From: a bacterium
Lineage (GTDB): Bacteria; Patescibacteriota; Minisyncoccia; Phycocordibacterales; UBA2100
Direction: 5' to 3'
Assembly: GCA_038128225.1 (NCBI GenBank)
Contig: JAYPJF010000003.1
Span: forward strand, 1-46,555
DNA: 46,555 nt
The notes under the pieces: generated by a model
What the model was told of the DNA's origin: nothing
The model's input: the letters and a program-made list of their open reading frames with translations, nothing else
The model's database searches: none
Position numbers and translations under genes: made by a program
Part shown: piece by piece, positions 34,983-44,235 of the stretch
Layout of the letters: every line of letters begins with the position of its first letter
Numbering within the stretch: the first letter of the stretch is position 1

Positions 34983-36190
34983 GGTGCCTGCACCCGCAGA
35001 AGTGCCCGCACCGCCGCATTACCAAGCCACCACGGCGCGATAAATGGGTAGAGGGTTATGTAGAGCGGAAGCGCCATAGGGTGGAGTCGTATGCGCGAGA
35101 TTGATTTTCCAATGTAAATGAGTGCAATAACAAGCGCCACCAAAATCACCGACATGATAGTGATCGAGCTTGTGTTAAAGAAAAAGAGTTCTGGAATATT
35201 TGGCCAGTGAAGGGCGAAGCCGACCGTTTCGATTTTAACGTACAGTGAAATTAGGCGTTCAATCGAAATGAATACGAACTGTGCAGTAAAAAATAATGCT
35301 GCGAAAATGGAAATGATGACTGAAGGGAGAATGATCACTCCGAGCGTTCCGTGCTTTCTATTGCCGATCATATGGCGGAAATCCCAAAAGTTCATAATAC
35401 CCCCGTAGGTCCATCGGGTGCGTTGCTTCAATAAACTCCGCAATGTGCGAGGCGCGCTTGTCATTACATGCACATCAGGAGCATTAATGATCCTCATGCC
35501 GCGCTCTTGCATACGCATGGCGATATCCATATCCTCTGTGCCGTGTGCATGGCGCCATCCGCCAAGCGAAACCACCGAGGAACGTCTAAAGAGCGAGAAC
35601 GGACCGGGGGTCACGAAAATTGATCCGGTCACATCAAAGGCGCGTCTAATAAATACCGAGAGTGCATACTCGGCCTGCTGAACACAGCCGAGTACCGTGT
35701 TTGGATAACTGACCATGATCGCGGGTGTAATCGCATCTGCGTTGCGAGTCTCGAGGTGTGTTATCGCGCGCACGAGCGCCTGCGGGTGAACAAATGAGTC
35801 CGCGTCAAGACAACCAACGATGTCTGCATGAGTGTGCGCGAGCGCGGCATTCATCGCGTTAAATTTCCCAGCATTTTTTTGATCGAGAATAGTGATCCTC
35901 GGTTCGTCTTTGAATGTTTGCAATACAGCGAGCGTTTGGTCGGTTGATCCATCGTTTACCGCAATGATCTGCACTTTGTTGTGTGGGTACACGAGCGCCA
36001 GAAGCGAATGCAGTGTTTTTGCGACCGTTGTTTCCTCGTTAAAGCAGGGGACGATGATTGCGACACTTGGGTAGGCACGCAATGCGTGAGTCGGTTTTTC
36101 TTTATACTCAAGAAATGCAAGCAAAAGAAAAATCTCCGTGTACAGAGCAATAAAAAGCAAAATATGGGTTGCCAACGTCATTAAATCCAT
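34973..36190 (-). CDS. GT2 processive glycosyltransferase (PgaC/IcaA/cellulose-synthase-like)
   Basis: IIVPCFNEE, NDGSTD, GKFNAMN, LDADS, TED, QRTRW, C-terminal TMs. Confidence 0.9.
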   Translation of the reverse strand: MDLMTLATHILLFIALYTEIFLLLAFLEYKEKPTHALRAYPSVAIIVPCFNEETTVAKTLHSLLALVYPHNKVQIIAVNDGSTDQTLAVLQTFKDEPRITILDQKNAGKFNAMNAALAHTHADIVGCLDADSFVHPQALVRAITHLETRNADAITPAIMVSYPNTVLGCVQQAEYALSVFIRRAFDVTGSIFVTPGPFSLFRRSSVVSLGGWRHAHGTEDMDIAMRMQERGMRIINAPDVHVMTSAPRTLRSLLKQRTRWTYGGIMNFWDFRHMIGNRKHGTLGVIILPSVIISIFAALFFTAQFVFISIERLISLYVKIETVGFALHWPNIPELFFFNTSSITIMSVILVALVIALIYIGKSISRIRLHPMALPLYITLYPFIAPWWLGNAAVRALLRVQAPWR

Positions 36191-36326
36191 ACAGTGGCGT
36201 GCGCATACTTTACTTGTTTTTTGACACTTTGTCTAATCTCTCTCGTTTGAGATTTTTTTGTTTTCATTCACTCAGTAAACTATATTTTGCATGAAGAATT
36301 AGTGTACGTGGGGTATACTCAGCACC

Positions 36327-37037
36327 ATGGCTCTGTATATACATCCACTAACGAGTGCGATTCGCGACATGGTGGCTATTTTTTCGGATATGGGGTTTTC
36401 AGTAGCAGACGGACCTGAACGTGAGGACGAATGGCACAATTTCACTGCACTCAATGTGCCGCAGGATCACCCGGCGCGTGACATGCAAGATACGTTTTGG
36501 CTCCCCGACGGGAAAGTGCTCCGCACACACACTTCACCGGTTCAAGTGCGCTTTATGGAAACGCATCAGCCGCCTATTAGGATTATTGTTCCGGGGAAGG
36601 CGTTTAGAAATGAGGCGACCGACATGACGCACGAAGCGCAATTTTATCAACTTGAAGGACTTGCTGTTGACACAGATGTCACGCTTGCGCATTTAAAAGG
36701 GACATTGCAGAGATTTTTTGGGGCTTTTTTCGGCGGTACGGTAGAGGTTCGTTTGCGGCCGAGTTTTTTCGGTTTTACCGAGCCTTCCGTAGAAGTCGAT
36801 ATGCGACTCACGAGCGAAAGCGCGCCGCCGAAATTAAAAGATAGATGGATTGAGGTTATGGGTGCCGGTATGGTGCATCCAAAAGTGCTTTCAAATAGCG
36901 GCGTGGATCCCCGCCGGTTTCAGGGTTTTGCATTCGGTGGTGGGATTGAGCGTTTGTGTATGCTTCGCTGGGGTATTGATGATATCCGTTTATTCCACAG
37001 TGGGGATGCGCGCCTCACTCGTCAATTCACTGTATGA
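36327..37037 (+). CDS. pheS: Phenylalanine-tRNA ligase alpha subunit (catalytic core only)
   Basis: HP, NFTALN..DHPARDMQDTF, LRTHTS, FYQLEG, FTEPS, GMVHP, GIERL; in-frame TAG at 36300 precludes an N-terminal extension. Confidence 0.96.
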   Translation: MALYIHPLTSAIRDMVAIFSDMGFSVADGPEREDEWHNFTALNVPQDHPARDMQDTFWLPDGKVLRTHTSPVQVRFMETHQPPIRIIVPGKAFRNEATDMTHEAQFYQLEGLAVDTDVTLAHLKGTLQRFFGAFFGGTVEVRLRPSFFGFTEPSVEVDMRLTSESAPPKLKDRWIEVMGAGMVHPKVLSNSGVDPRRFQGFAFGGGIERLCMLRWGIDDIRLFHSGDARLTRQFTV

Positions 37038-39424
37038 TGGTTAGCTACCAATGGCTTCAAACTTTTTTTGACGGGAAACTCCCCTCGCCGGAGAAAATTG
37101 CTGAAGCGCTTACTTTTGGTGCCTTCGAGATCGAAACGGTCGAAGAAAAAAACGACGACACGATTATTGATGTGAAGGTATTGCCCGATCGTGCCTGTTA
37201 CGCGCTTTCGCATCGCGGCATTGCAAAAGAGATCGCGACACTCTGCGATGTGCCAATCATGCGCGATCCGCTTGCAAAGAGTCGCCCGGAAATGCTGTTC
37301 ACTGATCGTATACATGTCGCCACTGACGAAAAGCGGTGTGCGTATTACAGTGCCGCGTTGATCGAAAATGTTTCTGTGGCACCTTCTCCTGATTGGCTTA
37401 GAAAGCAGCTTGAAGCAATTGGCCAGCGTTCCATCAACAACGTGGTGGACGCCACAAATTACGTTATGAACGAAATCGGTACGCCTTTGCACGCATTTGA
37501 TGCTGAAAAGATGGGCAACGGTATCGTGGTGCGCCCTGCGCACGAAGGAGAACGGATCACCATTTTGGGAGGCGAAGAAAAAGTGCTCACCGAGGCAATG
37601 ACAGTGATTGCCGATGGTACAAATGACGTGCCGCTCGCGATTGCTGGTGTAAAAGGCGGCGCGCGCGCAGAAGTTACCAACACTACGACAAGGGTCGTAC
37701 TCGAAGCAGCGACTTTCCATCCGACGGTTACCCGCAAAACCGCCCAGGTACTCAACTTGCGCACTGACGCATCGAAGCGATTTGAGAACGGCGTAAGCGC
37801 TGCGCTTCCTCTCTATGGGTTGGAAGCGTGCGCGACTCTGATTGCAGACATTGCTGGCGGGAAGTTGGCAGGTATTGCGGAAGCGGGTTCAGCGCATGTG
37901 GTTGCGTATAAACTTGGCGTTTCGGTTGCAGAAGTGAATCGATTGCTGGGGACAGCTCTAAACGAGAAAGAGGTGAGAGCGATTTTGACGCGGCTCGGTC
38001 TTTCGCATGAAAAAGTAGAAAATCCTCGCGAGCGACTGCTCGAAATTGCGAAAGAACAGCTTGGGAAACCATACAAATATGGTGCGAGTGTTTCAAAAGA
38101 TGCACCAGATCGTTTTGATTGCTCATCTTTTATTTCGTGGTCCGCTGCCCAAGTAGGAATTTCAATGCCGCGCATGGTAATAGATCAATGTTTATTTACA
38201 GAGACAATAGCCGCGAGCGCGGCGCTACCTGGGGACTTGATATTTGCAGTTAGTGATCCATTAAAACGAAAACCTTTTGTCTTCACTAAGCACGAAACAG
38301 GAGAGGAAGTCACTCATTTTAATCCAATGGAAGAGAGCCAGGAGTTTATGAAGGGCGCTCGTATCGAAGGTGGAGTAAGTCATGACGGAATCTACCTAGG
38401 AGACGGACTTGTTTTACATGCATCGAGTCAAAAAGGAGAAGTTATAATCGAGAATTATGAAACAAGTGGATCGTTTCAGCACATTGTTTCTTTCAATCGT
38501 TTTTTTGCGGTGAATCAAGAAAGGCTGGTAGTCACAGTGCCTCCAGAGCGCCTCGACCTGCGGATCCCCCAAGATCTTGTAGAAGAGATTGGGCGTGTGC
38601 ACGGATACGAACATATCGCACCAACAACGCTTCCTTCTGGGCGAACAACGATCATTTTCAATCAACGGCATCGAGTTATGGAAACGGTGCGCAAAACTCT
38701 CGAAGAGCTTGGATATATGGAAATCATGACTTACGCACTTATCGGGGAGGGTGAAGTGACACTTGCAAACTCGCTTGCACCAGAGCGGGCGCATTTACGT
38801 GCGTCGCTCGTGCCGGCAATGCAAGAGGCATTGGACAAAAATTATACAAACGCACCGCTTCTGGGAGGTGAGCCGCTGAAATTGTTTGAAATCGGCACCG
38901 TGTTTACACACGATAGCGAATTTTTGAGCCTCGCACTCGGTGTTCGGGCTGTAGGTAAAAGGGGCGAAGAAAAAATTAAAGCCTTACTCCAAGAGGCGCG
39001 ATCTGCTCTCGCGCTCTCGTTTGGCGTACACGAATCAGATATAGGCGCAGAGGTCAAAAATGGGATTCTTACCTGTGATTTAAGCTCATATGTTGATAGT
39101 GGCGTGGGTGGGTATCCAGAAACAGCACGAGTACAAGAAGTACAGTATCGGCCTCCGTCGGTGTTTCCATTTGTGCTTCGAGATGTCGCCCTGTGGGTTA
39201 CCGCTGCATCAGCGGATGAGGTTGCAGAAGTTATCCGAGGAGCAGCAGGGACGTTGTTAGCATCTCTCGAGCTGTTCGATACGTTCGCAAAAAATGAAAA
39301 AACATCGTTCGCGTACCACTTGGTATTTCAGTCGAATGAACGTACGCTCTCCGATAATGAGGTTTCAGAACAGATGACGCGAGTGGAATCCGCACTCAAA
39401 GCAAAAGGGTGGGAAATCCGATGA
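37034..39424 (+). CDS. pheT: Phenylalanine-tRNA ligase beta subunit with inserted NlpC/P60 domain
   Basis: SYQWL, SINNVVDATNY, PLHAFD, TDASKRFE, RLDL..PQDLVEEIGRVHGY, LFEIG, RDVAL...RTLSD; insert about 38012-38520. Confidence 0.95.
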   Translation: MMVSYQWLQTFFDGKLPSPEKIAEALTFGAFEIETVEEKNDDTIIDVKVLPDRACYALSHRGIAKEIATLCDVPIMRDPLAKSRPEMLFTDRIHVATDEKRCAYYSAALIENVSVAPSPDWLRKQLEAIGQRSINNVVDATNYVMNEIGTPLHAFDAEKMGNGIVVRPAHEGERITILGGEEKVLTEAMTVIADGTNDVPLAIAGVKGGARAEVTNTTTRVVLEAATFHPTVTRKTAQVLNLRTDASKRFENGVSAALPLYGLEACATLIADIAGGKLAGIAEAGSAHVVAYKLGVSVAEVNRLLGTALNEKEVRAILTRLGLSHEKVENPRERLLEIAKEQLGKPYKYGASVSKDAPDRFDCSSFISWSAAQVGISMPRMVIDQCLFTETIAASAALPGDLIFAVSDPLKRKPFVFTKHETGEEVTHFNPMEESQEFMKGARIEGGVSHDGIYLGDGLVLHASSQKGEVIIENYETSGSFQHIVSFNRFFAVNQERLVVTVPPERLDLRIPQDLVEEIGRVHGYEHIAPTTLPSGRTTIIFNQRHRVMETVRKTLEELGYMEIMTYALIGEGEVTLANSLAPERAHLRASLVPAMQEALDKNYTNAPLLGGEPLKLFEIGTVFTHDSEFLSLALGVRAVGKRGEEKIKALLQEARSALALSFGVHESDIGAEVKNGILTCDLSSYVDSGVGGYPETARVQEVQYRPPSVFPFVLRDVALWVTAASADEVAEVIRGAAGTLLASLELFDTFAKNEKTSFAYHLVFQSNERTLSDNEVSEQMTRVESALKAKGWEIR
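38012..38520 (+). other. NlpC/P60 (C40) cysteine-peptidase domain nested in pheT
   Basis: AKEQLGKPYKYGA, FDCSSF, ISMPR...DQ, PGDLIF, SHDGIYLGDG.VLHAS. Confidence 0.9.
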
Positions 39425-39425
39425 T

Positions 39426-39974
39426 ATGGTCATTGTATTTCGATCACAATACGCCCCCGATGTGCCTCTTGAATGGCAGCCACGCTCGTGCGCGATCGTG
39501 TGTTTGCGGATGGCTTTCGATTCTTTGAATGTGCAGGCATTGCCAATAAAGAACCTCATCGAGGAGGGTGTAGCAATCAATGGGTATGATGAGAAAGCGG
39601 GTTGGAGACACGATGCTCTGGTAGCGCTCGCGCACAATCACGGTGTCCCTGCATACCGAGAGGAGTTTAAGAGCATGACTGTAGACAGCACAACAAAAGT
39701 CATCTCCGAAGGACCCCATGCAAAAAGCATGGAAGTATACGGGCTTAAAAAAATTACTGCGGAAATCAAACGCGGCGCAATAGTATGTGCCTCAGTTACC
39801 GCAGGATTTGGATCCAACAAAGATTCGCACATAATTGTACTTGCAGAAGTGCTTGCGAATGGGCTGTATTACTATGACCCTTCTGGAAAGACTGCAGAGG
39901 AAGGCGCGCATCAATTTACGACTACAGAGTATTTTCTTTCCCATTGGAAAAAGTTAGCAATTTTTGTTGGGTAG
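39426..39974 (+). CDS. C39-like (papain-fold) cysteine peptidase
   Basis: SQY...RSCAIVCLRM, SHIIVL, YYYDP (Gln/Cys/His/Asp); no signal peptide. Confidence 0.75.
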   Translation: MVIVFRSQYAPDVPLEWQPRSCAIVCLRMAFDSLNVQALPIKNLIEEGVAINGYDEKAGWRHDALVALAHNHGVPAYREEFKSMTVDSTTKVISEGPHAKSMEVYGLKKITAEIKRGAIVCASVTAGFGSNKDSHIIVLAEVLANGLYYYDPSGKTAEEGAHQFTTTEYFLSHWKKLAIFVG

Positions 39975-40079
39975 ATTCAATAACAGTCTGTAAATAAGGC
40001 TTTTTTGGCATCCATGCACTAGTATTGTGCCTGGAAAAATGCTAGTATGTAAGTGCGGGTTAGCCCGCCTTATTCTTTC

Positions 40080-42095
40080 ATGGCAAGCAAAAAAACAGGG
40101 TATACAGCAGAATCGATCACCGTACTTGAGGGTCTCGAGGCAGTGCGTCGTCGCCCGGGTATGTATATCGGAACCACGGGGCCTACAGGACTTCACCATC
40201 TTATTTGGGAAGTGTTTGATAACTCGCGTGACGAGGCGATGGGCGGATTTGCAAATGACATTGAAGTCGCGCTGCTTTCTGGGAATCGGGTGCGTGTTGC
40301 TGATAACGGCCGAGGCATTCCAGTTGAAATACACTCGAAAACGAAAGTCTCTGCTCTTGAAACGGTAATGACCGTACTTCACGCGGGGGGCAAATTTGGT
40401 GGTGAAGGATATAAAGTTTCAGGTGGACTACACGGCGTTGGTGTTTCAGTCGTTAATGCCCTTTCGACGCACGTACGAGCAGAAGTGCACCGTGACGGAG
40501 GCGCACATGAACAAGAGTACAAAAATGGGGGGAAGCCCGTTGCAAAAGTAAAAAGAATTTCCGCATCCGATCGCACCGGGACCATCATTACTTTTACACC
40601 AGATGCGAGTATTTTCCCTGAGATCGAATTTAAGTACGACACAATTGTTGAGCATCTGCGGCAGCAAGCGTACTTGGTGCGCGGCCTCCGCATCACGATT
40701 CTCGATATGCGCGCACTGCCTGACGTTGATGACACGAGCGAATATTATTTGCGTGACCTCGGACTTGATGCGCCCTCCACAACGTTTTACTTTGAGGGTG
40801 GTTTGAAGTCACTTATCGAATTTGAAAACCGGCACCTTGAAAAAATACATAAACACGTGTATTACGCTGAGCGCGAACAAGACGGGGTCACTGTTGAGGT
40901 GGCACTTCAGTATGTGGACGACATTTCCGCGCGCATTTCGGCGTTCGCGAATAACATCTACAACAGCGAAGGGGGCACGCATGTGACCGGTTTTAAAACC
41001 GCATTGACACGCACACTTAACAACTATGCGAAAAAAAGTAGCAACGCAAAAGATGGAGATGCATTCACGGGCGATGATGTTTTAGAAGGTCTCACGGCTG
41101 TCGTTTCTGTAAAACTGCGAGAGATTCAATTTGAAGGTCAGACTAAAGGAAAACTTGGTTCGGTTGAGGCGCGCGGTGCCGTGGAAACTGTATTCTCAGA
41201 GACATTTGCAGAATTTCTTGAAGAGAATCCTGATGACGCGCGCGCAGTTATCGCAAAAGCGGTGCTTGCGATGAAGGCGCGCAAAGCGGCGAAAGCCGCT
41301 AAAGATTCTGTACTGCGCAAAGGCGCACTTGAAGGCCTGTCACTTCCGGGAAAACTTGCTGACTGTCAGGTAAAAAATGCTGCGGAGGCAGAATTATTTA
41401 TCGTTGAGGGAGACTCCGCAGGTGGTACTGCAAAAGCAGGGCGTGATCGCCGTACGCAGGCGGTGTTGCCGCTTCGTGGGAAAATTCTCAATGTCGAGCG
41501 GGCACGCCTCGATAAAATGCTTAGCTCGGAACAGATTAAGAACCTTGTGGTAGCGCTTGGCACAGCGATCGGTGATGTATTTGATCTCGAAAAGTTACGC
41601 TACCACAAAATCATTATCGCAACTGATGCTGACGTAGATGGGGCACACATTCGGACGTTGCTTCTCACGCTGTTTTATCGCCATTTCCGCCCGGTGATCG
41701 ACGGGGGGTTTCTCTATATCGCCCAACCACCGCTCTATAAAATACGAAAAGGGAAAGAGATACTCTACGCCTTTACTGAGGAGGAAAAAGTTAAAATTGC
41801 GGGGAAAGCGGAACCAGTCGAAGTAGAAAGTGCCGAAGAGACAGTGGACGAAGAGAGTTTAGAGAAAGAGAAAAAAAGTAAGCTAACGGTGCAGCGCTAC
41901 AAGGGACTTGGTGAAATGAATGCTGAGGAGCTTAAAGAAACAACGATGGATACTGCAAACCGGATTTTGCAGCAGGTGACAATTGATGACGCACGCGAAG
42001 CGGATAAAACATTCGATATCTTAATGGGTACTGACGTTTCATCCCGTAAATCGTTTATTCAAGCACACGCAAAAGAAGCGCAGTTGGATGTATAA
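40080..42095 (+). CDS. gyrB: DNA gyrase subunit B (type II topoisomerase B subunit)
   Basis: LEGLEAVRRRPGMYIG, DNGRGIP, GGLHGVG, EGDSAGG, PLRGK, DADVDG, QRYKGLGEM. Confidence 0.95.
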   Translation: MASKKTGYTAESITVLEGLEAVRRRPGMYIGTTGPTGLHHLIWEVFDNSRDEAMGGFANDIEVALLSGNRVRVADNGRGIPVEIHSKTKVSALETVMTVLHAGGKFGGEGYKVSGGLHGVGVSVVNALSTHVRAEVHRDGGAHEQEYKNGGKPVAKVKRISASDRTGTIITFTPDASIFPEIEFKYDTIVEHLRQQAYLVRGLRITILDMRALPDVDDTSEYYLRDLGLDAPSTTFYFEGGLKSLIEFENRHLEKIHKHVYYAEREQDGVTVEVALQYVDDISARISAFANNIYNSEGGTHVTGFKTALTRTLNNYAKKSSNAKDGDAFTGDDVLEGLTAVVSVKLREIQFEGQTKGKLGSVEARGAVETVFSETFAEFLEENPDDARAVIAKAVLAMKARKAAKAAKDSVLRKGALEGLSLPGKLADCQVKNAAEAELFIVEGDSAGGTAKAGRDRRTQAVLPLRGKILNVERARLDKMLSSEQIKNLVVALGTAIGDVFDLEKLRYHKIIIATDADVDGAHIRTLLLTLFYRHFRPVIDGGFLYIAQPPLYKIRKGKEILYAFTEEEKVKIAGKAEPVEVESAEETVDEESLEKEKKSKLTVQRYKGLGEMNAEELKETTMDTANRILQQVTIDDAREADKTFDILMGTDVSSRKSFIQAHAKEAQLDV

Positions 42096-42102
42096 TGCGC
42101 GC

Positions 42103-43167
42103 ATGGGCTTTAACGATGCGCCTTCGGTCAAAAAACCTACAGAGGACGAGATAGAGAACCCCGAGAGGCGTTGGTTTTTGAAAGGTCTTGGTGCGACGAC
42201 AGCGATAGCGGCGTTTGGAAGGCTCATGCCGTCACCAGCTCAGGCAACAGAAGAAAATATAAGCGCTGTAATAGAGAAATTTAGACGCGAGACTCGTGCA
42301 CTCTTTACTAACCCACAATTTCTTGCTCGCATCGAGCATGCTGTCACTCTTGAGGATCCGGCGATTGTCGATGTGTTCAAGCGTCTAGCGCTGGTCACAG
42401 AAGAAATGATCGAAGAAAGTTCCTTTCGACTTCCGCAGGGTTTACATGCGGGTTCGCGGGTGCTCGAAAGTGACCGAGGGTATGGAAACAGTACCGTAGT
42501 CAGGTTCCGAGATAGTGAAGGAACTATACGACACGCAGAAGTGACCGCAGCGCATGTTGTGGTCGGAGTGCATGGAGAATTTTCTGATGTCGCATACAGC
42601 GAGGGGTGGCGTACACTCTACCCGAATGGTCCCGATATTGCTGTTCGAGAGCTAGACAACAAGTATGTACAACCGGGTGAGGCACTTCACTTGGCAGCCG
42701 GGCAAGCTAGTCACGATATCAGTGGTGATATCGGCACTATGTTGGCAGTCGACCGAGATCTTGTCAGTGAGAAAGAGTTTTCTGCCCCCCAAAAGAAGCG
42801 TTTTTTGAGTCTTGTTTCTCCACGTATTGCGCACAAAGTATACGAACTGAGGTATGAGGGGGTTGAGCGCACCAAGGAAACAGAATGGGTAATTGATCAG
42901 GCGAACGATCAGCGGTTTATGTTAATTCCTCCCACCGAAGTTACTGGTACCGGTTTCGATTCCGTTCCGGCACGCGGATGTTCCGGGACAGCGATTGTAT
43001 ATGTACCTCACGGAGCCCGAGGAGTTCACCTTGGCGGCGTCCTCACTGCAGTAGGGCCAATTCCAGTTTCAGGAGTAACGTATTTTGTTGCGCTAATTCA
43101 TGACCACCAAACGGTTCGCGAAATGATTGAAAAAAATCTTGGCGTGTCACTCTTGAGAACTCAATAA
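42103..43167 (+). CDS. Trypsin-like serine protease with twin-arginine-like leader
   Basis: ERRWFLKGLG...AQA; VTAAH, DIAV, GCSGT triad motifs; TATAAT 6 nt before ATG 42103. Confidence 0.65.
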   Translation: MGFNDAPSVKKPTEDEIENPERRWFLKGLGATTAIAAFGRLMPSPAQATEENISAVIEKFRRETRALFTNPQFLARIEHAVTLEDPAIVDVFKRLALVTEEMIEESSFRLPQGLHAGSRVLESDRGYGNSTVVRFRDSEGTIRHAEVTAAHVVVGVHGEFSDVAYSEGWRTLYPNGPDIAVRELDNKYVQPGEALHLAAGQASHDISGDIGTMLAVDRDLVSEKEFSAPQKKRFLSLVSPRIAHKVYELRYEGVERTKETEWVIDQANDQRFMLIPPTEVTGTGFDSVPARGCSGTAIVYVPHGARGVHLGGVLTAVGPIPVSGVTYFVALIHDHQTVREMIEKNLGVSLLRTQ

Positions 43168-44118
43168 TTATTGCACTATCAACTGGGTGGTGAGTTGGTT
43201 ATTTACGCGATTTGACTCCGAAATAGTTTGGTTTGGATCAGCGACGATACGAATTGAGCCGGGTACGACGCGATCAAAGCTTAGAGTGAATTCGATGCGG
43301 TCGGCGGGATTAAGTGATGCTTGAATCGGAGATACGTAGTGATACGCAGGCACCGTGGGGAGATCTGCTTCAAACATCCAAGAGCCGCTTGCACGTCCGC
43401 CGCGGTTGACTACTTGGAAGCGGGTGGCCGCAATCTCGTTATTGAAAACGATTGGCTTCGGAATAAATGCACGCGTGCGGGGATCGAGCACCCCATGCGC
43501 GATGAGTTCTACTGAAAGATCAGCTGGGCCTGCGGGTTTCGCTGGGGTGGTTCCGGTGTTTGGAGGAGTTTGCGTGACCGGGCGCTCGGGTTGGGTTGGG
43601 GTTTGGGTCGCAGCGAACACCGTGACGCTCGCACTTGCTTCAGCGCGTTTTTCCCCGTTACTGTTTGTATACGCAACACTAAAGGGTACCTCGACGACGT
43701 TCACGCCTGGTGAAAGTAGTGGGCGCACCGTGAGTGATTTTACGTCGGTAGAAGGAAGCGCATACGGCATCTCGCACGTGACAGGAACAAAACTATTTTC
43801 CTCTTCTTGAACGTCAAGCTGTACACCTTCTGCGCACGCATACGCAAATGAATACAATCCAATCTCGCTTGCGTTGTGTGTCCACGTGATCGTGAAAGGT
43901 ATGTATGATTCAAGCCGTTCGGAAGGAAGTGTGATGGTGAGCGTGCGATCTTGTGCAGAAAAAGGAGCGGCGAGTATAGAAAAAATGCGCGGCGCGAATC
44001 GCACAGCATTGATGGCACCCCAAAGACCAATTGCAATGATGATGATGAATCCAGCAATCGCAAGAATATTGCCGAGAGCGCCAAAACGCTTTTCTTCAGG
44101 TTGTAGTATCTGGTTCAT
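43168..44118 (-). CDS. Membrane-anchored protein with C-terminal CARDB-like Ig domain
   Basis: TM, Pro/Thr linker, PADLSV...VVNRG...ADPNQTISESNRVNN. Confidence 0.75.
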   Translation of the reverse strand: MNQILQPEEKRFGALGNILAIAGFIIIIAIGLWGAINAVRFAPRIFSILAAPFSAQDRTLTITLPSERLESYIPFTITWTHNASEIGLYSFAYACAEGVQLDVQEEENSFVPVTCEMPYALPSTDVKSLTVRPLLSPGVNVVEVPFSVAYTNSNGEKRAEASASVTVFAATQTPTQPERPVTQTPPNTGTTPAKPAGPADLSVELIAHGVLDPRTRAFIPKPIVFNNEIAATRFQVVNRGGRASGSWMFEADLPTVPAYHYVSPIQASLNPADRIEFTLSFDRVVPGSIRIVADPNQTISESNRVNNQLTTQLIVQ

Positions 44119-44201
44119 GCATTTCTGAAATTAACCATACGAATATGGGGGAAGTATGGCATCCTTCAAAAGGCTTGTCAAACATGGGTTTTCGTGGTCC
44201 T

Positions 44202-44229
44202 TTGACAAATGGCTTAAATACAATATAAT
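44202..44229 (+). promoter_or_regulatory. sigma70 consensus promoter, leaderless geometry
   Basis: TTGACA-N16-TATAAT, 6 nt before ATG 44236. Confidence 0.75.
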
Positions 44230-44235
44230 TCTGTC

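Noticed and set aside
38012-38520. Intein in pheT
   Set aside because: No Cys/Ser start block, no terminal His-Asn followed by Cys/Ser/Thr, no LAGLIDADG; motifs are NlpC/P60.
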